A stretch of DNA of 33,193 nucleotides, from positions 1-33,193 of the forward strand of contig JAUCBJ010001410.1 in NCBI GenBank assembly GCA_032718475.1, read 5' to 3'. Source of the stretch: Nemertoderma westbladi. Taxonomy: Eukaryota > Animalia > Xenacoelomorpha. A program made the position numbers and the translations under genes. The notes beneath the pieces are model-generated. The model was not told the DNA's origin and made no database searches. It saw only the letters and a list, made by a program, of their open reading frames with translations. Positions 33,127 through 33,193 of the stretch are shown here, one piece after another (positions within the stretch are counted from its first letter, which is position 1; the number at the start of each line of letters is the position of its first letter).

Positions 33127-33193
33127 AATTATTTAAGTAAAATTATGAAACATAGGTAAGTTGTATTGAAGGGTTATCTGTCTCTCCATCTTA

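Overview
AT-rich animal genomic DNA, probably a marine invertebrate: it has GT-AG introns, tRNA-derived SINEs, RTE/CR1-type LINE relics and MITEs, with no prokaryotic organisation. Genic content: (i) a two-exon, 69-aa secreted peptide precursor (7566-8727, +) that the ORF track misses. Its post-KR peptide NRQPARYSGAARQTGCSAATC-GK lines up without gaps with adrenomedullin 1-21 (calcitonin/CGRP-type CX4C ring). (ii) Two tandem intronless fatty-acid-binding-protein (FABP) genes (- strand) with an apparent gene-conversion tract; one has an intact TATA/Inr promoter, the other has a long-TIR MITE in its 5' leader. (iii) A frameshifted LDL-receptor class A repeat relic and two candidate Cys-rich exons. 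The rest is mostly repeats: a SINE family with 13, 14 or about 1 internal 63-bp units, an RTE inserted in frame into another RTE, nested CACCAT-ended MITEs, Helentron/HINE-like elements and two related 15-bp minisatellites. All calls come from manual reading; no database searches were run.
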